Shown here one piece after another: positions 24,645-39,214 of a stretch of DNA of 64,000 bases (positions within the stretch are counted from its first letter, which is position 1; every line of letters begins with the position of its first letter). The translations under genes and the position numbers were made by a program. The notes under the pieces are model-generated. The model made no database searches and was not told the origin of the DNA. It saw only the letters and a list, made by a program, of their open reading frames with translations. Source of the stretch: Anthoceros angustus (lineage: Eukaryota > Plantae > Anthocerotophyta); the NCBI GenBank assembly GCA_010909165.1, contig VJWM01000103.1, positions 496,001-560,000 on the forward strand, read 5' to 3'.

Positions 24645-25318
24645 GCTCCGCGCCGGCAGCTCTCTGGGATCTGGGAGGCAGCAGAGCTACGCCCACGGCC
24701 TCATTCTCCTACAACCCGAGCCCATCTACGATTGCCCAGGTCCCCATTTCCCGCTGCGTGCTTGCATGAGATTGCACTCCGACAAGTCACATCGCTGCCC
24801 ACCTGTCCCTGCTTCCTCCGCTTCACCTACAACCCACATGCAGAGGCTCCTGAGGCGGCGATGCCACTGCCAGCTTCTCCAACAGACTGCATAAGATGCC
24901 TGCCTCAGCTGCAATCAACAGCGGATAAAGCTCGTCTCTCTGACCACGGGACAGGCTGGCAGCTGCTACTCCTGGAGCAGAGGAAGCGCATCCCGATTTC
25001 CCAGGATCTCCTGGAACCGCAAGCATCATGCGTGAACTACCGGTCCCCGGACACCGCAACAGCCCCTAGGGCTTGGTGGGCGGTCAGACTCCAGTTAGGA
25101 GGACGGCTGGGCTTGGGCAATCGGATGACAAGGTGGCAGCGGCGTGCAGTGCGCGTGCCGGGGCTGCGAAATCGGCCAGGGCCACGCAGGCAGAAACGGG
25201 AGGTGGGTCACACCAGCCACACCTGTGGCTGGGGAGAGGAGATCATTCCGGGAATGCTTGCGTCTTTTCAGGTGCGCCAGCCTCTCATCAGCTTTGCTGC
25301 CCAGCGTGCTCTGCCTCC

Positions 25319-25351
25319 TGCCCACTGCCCACTGCCCACTGCCCACTGCCC
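25319..25351. repeat. (TGCCCAC)n 7-bp tandem repeat
   Basis: tgcccactgcccactgcccactgcccactgccc. Confidence 0.9.
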
Positions 25352-25886
25352 GGGCGGGATACGCAACATGTACAGACCTGTAGCCATGACCCGCACGCGT
25401 CAGGGTCCGCGGTGGCTCACCGACGCCGTGCTTATCGGGACACGGCGACTGCGAGCTGCAATGGCGTCTACCAGGAGCCGGCGGGCGGCGGGGCTGCCGG
25501 CGGCCACGGCTGGGAATGTGGCGCGGATGATAAATGTCTCACCGTCTCTGCCTGCTCATGTCTGCTTCGTCATCGGCCGGACTGTCGACGCGGCGTTGCT
25601 TCTTCTGCAGGGGAGGACTCGTTGCATCCAGCAAGCGTCGGGAGCCTTTAGCTAACGTTTAACGGCTGGTAGGAGCAACCCGAGCACTGAGCGAGTGACA
25701 CGTCCCGCTCCTGTTTGTTGCAGGTTCTTCTTTCTTGCGAGGATGTAGACTGTCCAGCGGTAATGTGGTTGCGTCTCTTGCGCGAGGTGTGGCGTCGCGG
25801 TTTGCGTGGCTTGCTTGTGTCACGCGCTTTCTGGTAATCAGGCGATCGCGTGAAAAGATTGGGAGGAAGGCCGAGAGTTGGCAGGT

Positions 25887-26482
25887 ATGGAGAGGCACGG
25901 AACTAAGCTCAGAGTGGAGAGTGACCAGGACAGGCCTCAGCTGCAGGTCGAGTGACTGCTCAAGTTTTCCCTTGAAATTGCCATGTGGCTTTAGGGTTTC
26001 ATGCTTCGTGCGTGACATTTGATGAAAGGCATTGCAGGAGAACGTGGATGTCAAGAATCAAGATTTGATATCCCCTCGACGAGCCCGGGAAGCACTGAGA
26101 CAGACCGTGAGCGACATGGTGACACAGACTGCAAATACGGTTTTGGAGTCTGTCGCTTCGGTGAAAGAGTCTGTGGTGTCGGTGAAAGAGTCTGTTGTGT
26201 CGGTGAAAGAGTCTGTGTTCCGCGGAGAAATGTCTGCAACTTCTGTAAGGGAGAATGCGACGTTGGTGAAGGAGTCGGTCTTGAGGAACGGCCCCAGCAC
26301 TCGGCCCGGTATTACATACTCCCTCTGCGTTCAGCAAATTCAATTTGGAGTTCTTTATGTTCCTGTTCTGAGAGTAGTTTCATGTGGCCAGTGACTCTGG
26401 TTTCTTGTTGATTCTGGTTCCAATAGACCCAGAGGAGGGGGCGGAGAAAACTATTCTTGAACACTCTTGGGTCCATGACTGA
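25887..26482 (+). CDS. Hypothetical ~128-aa protein with SVKESVV heptad repeats, 3 exons (25887-25946, 26038-26308, 26427-26482)
   Basis: Two in-phase GT-AG introns give a continuous ORF. 21-bp tandem units start at 26158, 26179 and 26200. No family recognised. Confidence 0.55.
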
Positions 26483-27031
26483 GAAGCTCGATGTGATGAT
26501 ATGAGGCCTGTACATCAGAGGAGACACTGGGTAGATTTTTTGGAGATGTAGCTAGCTGTACATAGAAAAACCTTATACAACATTCACGGCTTACTAGTTA
26601 TTAAAAAATAGAGGCCAGTAGTAGGCACTAGGATTACTAAATATTCTGAATCTCGTCGCTGGAATATACAGCATTTTTAGTGCACACACTTTAGCAGGCC
26701 GGATGTCACATTTTCTTTCCATAGGTACCAAGTAAACTTTGGAAGGCAGGAGTCATTCCCTCGTGCAGGACAAAAAAAAGCGAGAAGGTGATTGGGAAAC
26801 AAGGGCAGAATGAATAAACCTAGGATGGGAAGGGGATACGGACCCTGTGGACGCAAAAAATCACTTCCTTCCGTAAAAGTCAAGGGCCAAGGAGGCGGGG
26901 AAACAAGCACAGCGAAAATAAACTTCAGGATGGGGAAACGGACGCTGTAGGAAGGGCCGTTGTGAATTTGCCTCTCTGACGGGCACTTGCCAGTTAGTAA
27001 AGAAATGCCCCCGCTGCATAGTGTTGGCTCG

Positions 27032-28271
<1,240 letters not shown>

Positions 28272-28671
28272 TGCCCGGCCGGTAGGCGACCATCGGGCGC
28301 AGCAGACCAGCCCAGCCTGCTACCTAGGTACATACATATTTGTATGTAGATATGCAGTTTCGATTTCAAACAGCAGCAGGAGCAAGCCTTTTAACCTAGA
28401 ATCGGAATCGGAGGAGAACCATGGTTAAGCGGCGGGGAGCCGGGGTTGCCCACGACACGATCGAGGCGCAAGCGTGGGCGTGAAGGCAGCCAGCCGAGAG
28501 AGGAAGGCAGCAGGCGCTTTAGGGCGGGCGGCGAGGAGCGGGCGCGGGCTTATGCGTGTAAAGGGCCGGCGGGGGCGGATTTGGGGCATGTGAATTGGAA
28601 GGAGGAGGAGCAGGAGCAGCGCGCCGGTGTGGCTCCGTGCAGTGGGAGGCAGACATGAGCGAAGGCAGGCG

Positions 28672-30753
28672 ATGAAGAGTTTGCGGCTGTGGAGGAGCCC
28701 TGAGGACACGGAGAAGTATGGTGATGGTGATGGTGGTCATGGTGAGGTGGAGATGCACGAGTACCAGGCGCTGTCGGACGGCCCCAGCCCTCACGAATTT
28801 CTGGAGGAGGGGGAGGGCAGCGTGAAGCGGTTGGCGATCCAGGATTTGGACACCTTCTTCCGCCAGATCTACTACTACCACACGGAGAAGGGTTTGGTGC
28901 ACATCACGGTGCGGTGGGCAGCGGAGCTCTTCACCTTCGGCTTCACCGTGTGCTTCTCGGGCTTCCTGCTGCTGGTGGTGAATTGGGATGGAGTGATGCA
29001 CTGCGGCCAGGGGGAGGGGAGCAACCGGTGTGAACTGGCCCGGGAAGGGGTGCACCAGGACCCGTTGCGGCCTTTCACGCTTTACAAGGCGGTTGTGCTG
29101 CTCTACCTGCTCATCTTCAGCGCACACTGGCTCATATGTTTTCTTCGATTCTTCCCGCAGTTGCGGGACAATTTGGTGATCCGCAGGTTCTTCCACTCGG
29201 ATTTAGGGTTAGGGGAGGGGGAGCTGCAGCAGGCGTCATGGGCGGAGGTGGTGGAGCGGCTGGTGGAGGTACAGAGCCGGAAGCGGCTGTGCATCGTGCG
29301 GGACCTGTCGGCGCCGGACATTGTGAGCAGGATCATGCGGAGGGAGAATTGGCTCATAGCCATGCTGAACCAGGGGGTGATTGCGCTGCCGGTGCCGCCC
29401 TGGCTGCCCGGGGCTGGCCCTTTCCAGGGCCACCATGACGCGCAGGGCAACAGGAAGCACCCGCTGCTCAGCAAGACGCTGGAGTGGAGCTTGAATTGGT
29501 GCATCCTGCACCACATGTATGACAGCAATTTTCTCATCAAGCCCGACTTCACCCGCAGGCCGGACGTGATTCGCAGGAGGCTCCGGGCGCTGGGTGGGGC
29601 CATGCTGCTGCTCTCCCCCTTTTACTTGATCTTCATGCTCATGTACTTTCTCATGAAGAACGGGGAGCAGTTCTACCACAGGCCCAGCACTGCAGGCTTC
29701 CGGGACTGGTCGAACCTGGCCAGATGGACCTTCCGTGAGTTCAACGAGCTGGATCACTGCCTCAAGCACCGCATGGATGCCAGCTACAAGCACGCGGTGG
29801 AGTACCTGAAGCTGTTCCCCTCCAGCCCCAACCTGCTTGTGGTGGCCAAGGTGGTGTCCTATGTGTCGGGGGCCTTCGCCATGGTGCTCCTGGGCACGGT
29901 CGTGCTGCACGAGACGGTGTTGCAGGCGGCGCTCTTCGGCCATGAGGTGGGCTGGTATGTGGCTGTGTTCGGCACCCTTTCGGTGCTCAGCCGCTCCCTA
30001 ATCGCCCAAGACTTCCTGGAATCTAGCCCAGAATCCGCAATGCAGAGCGTGGTGCACCACACGCACTACCAGCCCGACCACTGGGTGGGGCAGGAGAGCT
30101 CCGAGCGGGTCCGGGCCGAGTTCCAGCAGCTCTTCCAGTACAGAGCGGTGGAGTTTCTGGAGGAGATGGCCTCCATCTTCATCACGCCCTTCCTCCTCTG
30201 CTTTTTGCTGCCGCACTTCGTGGACGATATCCTGGCGTTCGTGCACGACTCCACCACCCTCATCCCGGGCGTGGGTCATGTGTGCAGCCTCAGCGTCTTC
30301 GACGGCATCTCCCCTGCCATGGACAACGATGAGAAGATGAGCAAGTCCCTGGCCAGCTTCAGACACAACTACCCCGGCTGGACGCCAGAGGATGCCAAGC
30401 CGTTACAGGAGGAGGAAGCTCCCGACTCGCCGCCCCCCGGTCGTGACCCTCATCACAGCGAGCCCGAGGAGCCCGCCCCTTTCTACCCCTCCTCCCCCCA
30501 GGACACGCCCCTCAATTCGGACGCGGCCAAGGAGGCCATGGACAGGAGCAGGTGGTGGGCGAGGACGGGTCCCGAGCAATCCGTGGCTTCGCTCTTTGCT
30601 GAGAGCAAGTTCGAGCCTCCTAGTTTTGGGGTGGCGGAATTTGATGACGGCCAGTCGCGCTTCTTCAACTCCCAGATAGGACATGTGGAGGCCGTCAAAA
30701 CTAAGGCAGGATTTCTATCAGCCGCTTCTGTACAAACATTCATAGCCGATTAG
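28672..30753 (+). CDS. ATG9: Autophagy-related protein 9 (693 aa, single exon)
   Basis: 'IQDLDTFFRQIYYY', 'DIVSRIMRRENWLIAMLN', 'LSKTLEWSLNWCI', 'RDWSNLARWTFREFNEL', 'VGHVCSLSVF', 'KMSKSLASF..NYP'. Confidence 0.93.
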   Translation: MKSLRLWRSPEDTEKYGDGDGGHGEVEMHEYQALSDGPSPHEFLEEGEGSVKRLAIQDLDTFFRQIYYYHTEKGLVHITVRWAAELFTFGFTVCFSGFLLLVVNWDGVMHCGQGEGSNRCELAREGVHQDPLRPFTLYKAVVLLYLLIFSAHWLICFLRFFPQLRDNLVIRRFFHSDLGLGEGELQQASWAEVVERLVEVQSRKRLCIVRDLSAPDIVSRIMRRENWLIAMLNQGVIALPVPPWLPGAGPFQGHHDAQGNRKHPLLSKTLEWSLNWCILHHMYDSNFLIKPDFTRRPDVIRRRLRALGGAMLLLSPFYLIFMLMYFLMKNGEQFYHRPSTAGFRDWSNLARWTFREFNELDHCLKHRMDASYKHAVEYLKLFPSSPNLLVVAKVVSYVSGAFAMVLLGTVVLHETVLQAALFGHEVGWYVAVFGTLSVLSRSLIAQDFLESSPESAMQSVVHHTHYQPDHWVGQESSERVRAEFQQLFQYRAVEFLEEMASIFITPFLLCFLLPHFVDDILAFVHDSTTLIPGVGHVCSLSVFDGISPAMDNDEKMSKSLASFRHNYPGWTPEDAKPLQEEEAPDSPPPGRDPHHSEPEEPAPFYPSSPQDTPLNSDAAKEAMDRSRWWARTGPEQSVASLFAESKFEPPSFGVAEFDDGQSRFFNSQIGHVEAVKTKAGFLSAASVQTFIAD

Positions 30754-30901
30754 CTAGCCACCCCCATTCTTTCATGTCTGTGCCTTCCAAACGGAGGCCG
30801 AGCAAGGGTGCAAGAGTAGCCCTCCTGTACAGCCATAATTGGAAAAATTCTACTCTTGGGCCTCATCTTGTGCTTGTCTCCTCTGTTTGTGGAGGGAACT
30901 G

Positions 30902-31045
30902 CTGATCATTTCGCACCAACTTTTCCTCTTATGTATCCTGTTTCTCTCATCATTTCGCACTAACTTTTCCTTGCTATTAAGTATGTATCCTGTTTCTCTG
31001 ATCATTTCGCACCAACTTTTCCTTGCTACCAAGTGTGTATCTTGT
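30902..31045. repeat. Imperfect tandem repeat, 3 units of 44-52 bp, between the convergent ATG9 and REC8 3' ends
   Basis: Units begin CT(G/C)ATCATTTCGCAC at 30902, 30946 and 30998. Confidence 0.85.
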
Positions 31046-31106
31046 CTGTGTCTGACGAGAGCTAATTGGGCTTGCCAGACAGTAGCCAGTACAGCTTTGA
31101 GCTTTC

Positions 31107-34100
31107 TCAAGGTATTAGAAGCTTGTCATTTGGTATTTGCTGCAAGCTTCTCAAAAGTCCTGGAGGCGTCATTCTAGAGGTACTGTCCCGGGGAGATGAG
31201 GATGTCCCCGTAGGCTTCGTCTTGTTCAGCAACGAGGCACCTATTTGATGTCAAAACTGCCACACCGGGGGTAGAAGAGCTTACTAGATGCACAGCGTGT
31301 CATCCTTATGAAAGGTTTGCTTTGTTGCCTCACTGACCTGTAATTTGGTAGAAAAGTCGTGCTGCTTGGTACTTCTCCAAGCCTGCAGTCAGCTCATTTA
31401 AAGACAGCCGGGAAGGTGCTCGTGCAGAATGGAAGAGTTCTTTCAAGTACCTGAAATTGGTGTGTAAGGTCATAAGCATCAACAGCTTCCAGGTCACTTC
31501 AGACACAAGAGACGGGGCACTTACTGCAGGAGCTGTGTCGTGATCTTGTCCTCAGATTGCTTGGGATCTGCTCTCTGGATTGAGGGTTTCAAGGTGTCTT
31601 CAAGCAGCTCTGGAAGGATGGCGTAGTTCAACTTTGATTATGTGATATGGAAAATGGTGATGTATCCTGATGAACTACGGTTTGCAGCCAGGTGAATACA
31701 TACCAAATTGAGTAAGAGAACCTGGCAGGGTTGTGGGGTCATCTCCTTGGCCAGTTGTGTCCATGAAATCCGGTGCCATGTCACCGTCAGGTACATCAGC
31801 AGCCCCTGGTGAGGCGCTTCTTGTCGCTGTGTGAGTGTGCCGACGACGTTTTGATCTGCAAGCCAAATACACAGTGTCAAAGTGTGCTGTGTCCTCTCTG
31901 GCTGGCTGGCTGGAGCTGACCGATATGTGGGTATGCAGATATGCCACACCTTCCCGACGTGGCTAGGTCTATTTCAGGGTCCAGCATCAGTGTTCCAGAG
32001 ATGGAGGTGGAACCCCTGCGCGTTGACCACGCGCTCCCTTCATGGCTACCTGTTTATGCACACTTCCAGAAGGCATTCTAAAAGACTTGCATTCAGAAGC
32101 CAACCACGTACTAGGCAACAACGAATCCAGGGGAAATTGTACCAAACCTGACACCGAAGGGGTGAAGCCCAAGTCGTTCCCTATTTCATTTTGTGTCGCT
32201 GGAGTATTCAGGGCCTGACGCAGCTTCTCCACAGAGCCGTAATCCTGAGATCCTTCCTTTTCGTATGGTACCTACAGTATGTTTGAATATGACGCAGGTT
32301 GGCTACCAAGTTTTTCAGAACTGGCAGGGTAATTGATGGATTGACATTGCAGTAGGTACTTGTTCCCATGACACGCTCTCTATGTGAGTCGCTTCCGCTT
32401 GCATCCCTAGTGCCGTTGGTTGCATGTTGAGGTCGCCCTCTCCAGAAGGCCCATTCTCTGAACATGTCGAAACAAGCATTCAAATGCTCCTGCCGACAGT
32501 CTGCGTTCGGATAACAACGCAACAGACTGCGGGTTGAAAGGTTAAAGGAGCACACCATTATTTTCCTCAGTCGATGCTTGCTCGATGACCCCCTGCTTTT
32601 CTTCCGTCGATGTTGGATCTGAAATCAATGTATTCTCCTCCTGGGGTGCAACTTTGGACTTTTTCCAGTTACAAGATATGCTTTGAGTCCATAACTCGAG
32701 CAGGCTTGGCGGCCACTGGGACTCTGGACCATCTACCAAAGACTTCCAGGATAATCCTGTCGATGGGAGTTTCAGGACAGTCTCGAAGTGGATTTCTTGC
32801 GGATGCCTCTGTGAGGACACAAGCCAGGTCAGTGGTCCGTTATTAGATGAATCTCTAGCGGTGAATAACCGGTCTTCACCTGAGAGGATGTGCGCCTGCC
32901 GACTAAGTCGGAGGAGTCCTCTAACCACTCTCGAAAGGTCTGTACTGCAATCTCGGGCGCCTCATAATCGATGTATACCTCAGGAGCATGCACTTGTCTT
33001 GCTCTTCGCTTCCTTGGTGGTGGAGCAGGGGTAATCTCCGGCTGCAGCAACCAGGAAGTGTAAAGGACAACTTCTACTGATCTGACCTTCAAGCTCAAGT
33101 TAGTACACTCATAGCGCACTTCATAAAATGAGGAGGATGCGAATCTCAACCGATTTGGGCCCTTCTTGGAGTATCTCTTCTGCAGGTGAGTCCGGTACAG
33201 GAATAACATCTAGAGCTTGATTGCTTTCTGCGGGAATGTGATGTTCTGGTTCCGTGTCCCTTCCACTGTTCTGTACAGTCTCATTGGCACTTCCACCAGC
33301 CGTATGAGCGGGTAGATGAAGAGAAGGACTGGAGGCCCCTCCAACGACCTCTTGTGTGTCAAGTGGCTTTTCCACCACAGTCTCAAGTGGCTCTTCCAAC
33401 ACAGTCCCCATTGGCTCTTCAACCAGAGTCTGAAGTGGCTGTTCCGCCACAGGAACAGGTGCATGTAGATTGAAATCATCTGAAAGGGTATGCCAGTTTA
33501 TCTTAATAGTGACTTTTGACATCAACGCGGCGCGGTCATTTTGCTCTAATTGTATCCTGAAGTTCTGACTGGCTTCTGAGCTCTCCAAACTCTCATCACG
33601 AGAAGCTGACAAATTTTACTCAAATTGTTCTGAGGTTGCAGAATATACCTAGCTGGAGATCGTCAGGCGGAAAAAAGTCGTCAGCTGGTGGGAAGCGCTC
33701 GTCCTCGAATTCCCTGTCATCTGAGAAACGTTAGAAAACAGGCTGGTGCCATTTCCTGCGCTCACAGGTTCACACGAAGGCAGACGTCTGCAGGCAGACC
33801 TGTTTTGTAAGCTTTCCTCGTAACAAAGCAAGTCTTCTGGCAATGTGATGTCTTCGAGTTGAGCTGTACAGTGTCACCCACGAAAACCAGCCAGTAAACA
33901 AGGTGCTGAGCATACAGCTGCTGGCACCACTGGACTCTAGCTGGTAATGCATGAGTCATGAATGTAAGCTTCTGGCCTAGTGCCGACCACACCTTGATTT
34001 GCAGCCGCATAGTCTATGCTTGAGGCTGCGATGTTTGCATGATCAGTCCCTTGTGCATTAGATCGTCTCCTCCGCGGAATTATTATTCTATCCTCCTCCT

Positions 34101-35323
34101 GCAGAAATGCAGACCTACATAAATACTTCAGATATTTCATTGTGCATTGGTTGATGATGAAGAAGGATATACCTCAACAAGATCTCCCTCTCGCGCAGGA
34201 GTAGCAGGACGGAGCATCAAGTGCTCAATTTCGTCGAAGTTATCAAAGGTGTAGTCCATGGTGATGGCTTCAAATCTTACCACAAAGCCAAATTAACATC
34301 TTGCAGGGCTCAAGGTGGCTCTGCCTTTGGACTCTGTGGAGTGTCAAACCTACCTTGCAAATTGCTTTCCTCGGGGCAAATTGACAGAGACCTCCCTTTT
34401 CTCCTCAGTTGTGATTGCTATTTGTACTTTGATCTGCAAGCATGCACATTGATAGGGCCCTGCAGCACTCTTAAAGAGTTCACAGTTGCATTCCAAGGAA
34501 GCAAGGCGCAGTGAACAATTACCAGAAACTGCTGGGCGTCGTCTTCAACACGTTAACAGGGGTCAAAACAGTATGGACAAAGCCGTCAGAAAATACAAGA
34601 CGATAAGCATGAAAGTGTGCAACAAGTGAAGACAAATGCCCAGACTCTCTCAAGCTCGCTGGCTGGAGAAAGCAGAAAGCTCCTTCTAGCATCAATCGCT
34701 AAACTGTTGAACCAGATCACTGACCAGGGGCAAGCGCAGATACGTTACCATAAAGCAAGTTCACCTTCCGTCTATAAACCGCGACGATTCCCCCTGCGCA
34801 ACAGAGAGTACAACTCAGGAAAGCAAAACGCAAAACCGAGACCGTAATCATTTGCGAAAGCAAGACTTGCCCATAAGAATGCCTGACAGTCGGAGAGCAA
34901 GGGGAACTTGTGGGTATAACACTTGCATGCTGCGCCGCGAGCCGCGGAGAAAAATTGAGCGAAAACTTTGAGATCGCGAGCACAATCTCAGATCGTAATG
35001 CAAATCCACGATTGCAGCTAGTGAATCCAGACTCACAAGCTCACACCTACCACAAGTCTGGAATGTCCAGGCTCTCCGCCTTCTTCCGTGACAGTCTAGC
35101 CCGCATGGTGGCCGCAATCCTGCACAAAAGAGGCAAATGCGAATCGCGCAAAATTCTTCCCCGCACATTATGCCAGATCCACCATGACAAGAGCAGGAAG
35201 CTCCGATCTCCAATTGCCAGAGCTTAGCAGCTGCAATCTCAGGGGAAAATGGAGACACAAATTTGCGCACCAGATCTGCCCGAGGGGCCCCTTCTTACTG
35301 AGCAGCTGGTGCGAGTAGAACAT
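31107..35323 (-). CDS. REC8: Rad21/Rec8-family kleisin, most like meiotic REC8/SYN1; many small exons, internal exon boundaries not fully resolved
   Basis: N-terminus assembled across exons: 'MFYSHQLLSKKGPLGQIW/IAATMRARLSRKKAESLDIPDLC/MQVLYPQVPLALRLSGILMG/GIVAVYRRKVNLLY'. C-terminal winged-helix motif 'VAEQDEAYGDILIS'. Confidence 0.85.
34794..34870 (-). other. GC-AG intron (77 nt) in REC8
   Basis: Donor ATG G|GCAAGT and acceptor GCGCAG|GG restore the conserved 'LMGGIV' frame. Confidence 0.8.
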
Positions 35324-35579
35324 GGCGTCGCGCTGCGATTTCCGCTGCCGAGGAACCGAATGGGGAAGCCGAGTGACAGGACCCGACGCCGAGGATGCCA
35401 AGTGGCGAGAGATATGTATTAGCGAAATAGGTGATGTGATCGAAATAAAGAATGTAGTCTAGTTGCTACAATAAAATCCCAATGAGATATGTGCGCCATC
35501 ATGTTTCGTAAGGCCCACTCCTGCCTGTGATTTTTGTTGGCAAACCGTGGTGAAGTTCGAACACGAGAAGAGAGCAGGG

Positions 35580-36276
35580 ATGAGCAAGCCCACGGTTGGG
35601 GTTGGACTTGGCGCTGGTGCGGGAGCGGGCGGAGGAGCTGTTGCTCTGACTGCAGCCGCGGCGGCCGCGGCTGCACAGAGGCAACGGACGTTGCTGCAGC
35701 GTGCTGACTCGGAAATTACGAGCATGCTGGACAATTTCTCCCACCTGATGAAGGCGTCACGGGTGAGCGATCTGGCAAGGCAAAGGGAGCGGCTTGAGGG
35801 CTTGAGGGCTTGAGGCCCGAGTTGTTGAACCGCGTGGTTGAATCGCGCGAGGTGGTGTGATTTTGCAGGTTGCTGTCGATTCCGTGAGGACCGCGCAGGA
35901 GGTATTTCAGATGGAAGTGCACTCCTCCCGTGTGGTAGGTTAGAGGCCGCTGTGCGTCCCTGTTCGTTTGTTTGTTTGTCTGTGTAATTGGCATGAAGGT
36001 GTTGATTTGGTTATGCGACAGGTCCAGGCGGCTGATGTGCTGCTGAAGCTTGTCTCGGAGCTGAAACAAACAGCTGTGTTTTCTGACTTCTTGGCTTTGA
36101 ACAAGCATGTGGAGCAACGGGTGGCCAAGTTTTCTGAGGACAGCCAGGAAGCAGATCGGTTGTTGGCGACAATAGCGGAGCAGGCAGCGGAGTCTCTGAG
36201 GGAGCTAGAGCTCCACTACTTTCGGTCCTCAGTACGGAGCGTAGAGTTCGCTGCAGAGCAGCTAATCAGGATGTGA
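35580..36276 (+). CDS. MED22: Mediator subunit 22, 3 exons
   Basis: 'AAAAAAAQRQRTLLQRADSEITSMLDNF', 'VQAADVLLKLVSELKQTAVFSDF', 'LRELELHYF'. Confidence 0.9.
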
Positions 36277-36518
36277 AAGGAGCTTGCAAAGTGTCATTCA
36301 CCAAATCTAGGTACAATGTTTGAGGGGAGAATCGAGTCAGGCCAACCTGACCATTCTGCTACCTCTCGAAAGTTTGGCTCGAACAAAACTTGGATGTGAG
36401 TTTTCCGTTCCGGGCAGGGTCCGCATGTCGACAACCTTCTCGCGACGTAGTATACAAAACTTTGCAGGTTAGCGGGTTGGATTGTAGCATTAGGCAGGTG
36501 ACCAAGTTGAAGGGCACC

Positions 36519-38468
<1,950 letters not shown>

Positions 38469-39214
38469 GACCACCTTGCTGCAGAGAGAAGAACAGCAGG
38501 AGATCTTGTAACTCTCCTGCTGCCAATTGACCGCGGCCAATGTCCGAGAAAGCGGAGATTTAAATGCAGCGAGCAACGAGCTGGAATTTGGTGCGGAAAC
38601 GGAAAGCTTTTGTTTCCCGTTTTAGAGGGACCAGGAGCCGGACCGGGAATGCATGCTTCCTTGTCCGGGAGGGGCTACCTACTCGCCAACCTCACCAGAT
38701 TCGTCGCAGGCGGGACCTTCTGAGCACCGGCGATGATAACGATCTTCGGGCCTCAAGGATTAACCACCCTGGTTAGACAGGTTGGAGTCGCAACCAAATT
38801 CATATTTCGGAACCCACGGTGTTCGAAGTTTTGAGCCCCTGACAGATTGAGGAAGACCGGACTCGACACACCTGTACACTTCTAACAACTACATACATAA
38901 ACAGACCACACAGGACCAGGACCTTTCTCACCAACAGTCCCGACGAGGCTGCATTTGCATGAGATCGGTCTACAGTTCCGAGGACATCATGCGGATGATG
39001 TTCCACTCAACCGAGGCACCGGCTGCATCTGCAAGATCTCCTCCTTTTCATTGGCCGTGGTCCGCTAGAACTCACAGGAGTGGGGAAGGCAAGGTTTTCA
39101 CAAAAGAGGTTTGCTGGACACCAGGGTAGATGAAGGCCATATCACGCACGCTCAACTACAGGTACACAAAACGGGCAGCTAACACAAATGGCTCCCCTGC
39201 TTCATGTTCTTGGG

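Noticed and set aside
24732-25655. 307-aa plus-strand ORF
   Set aside because: No ATG start, no family motif, includes a 7-bp microsatellite; likely a GC-content artefact.
34150-34175. ATATCCTT on the minus strand in REC8 as a U12 donor
   Set aside because: A standard GT donor (GAG|GTATAT) two bases earlier fits a normal GT-AG intron; no U12 branch site seen.
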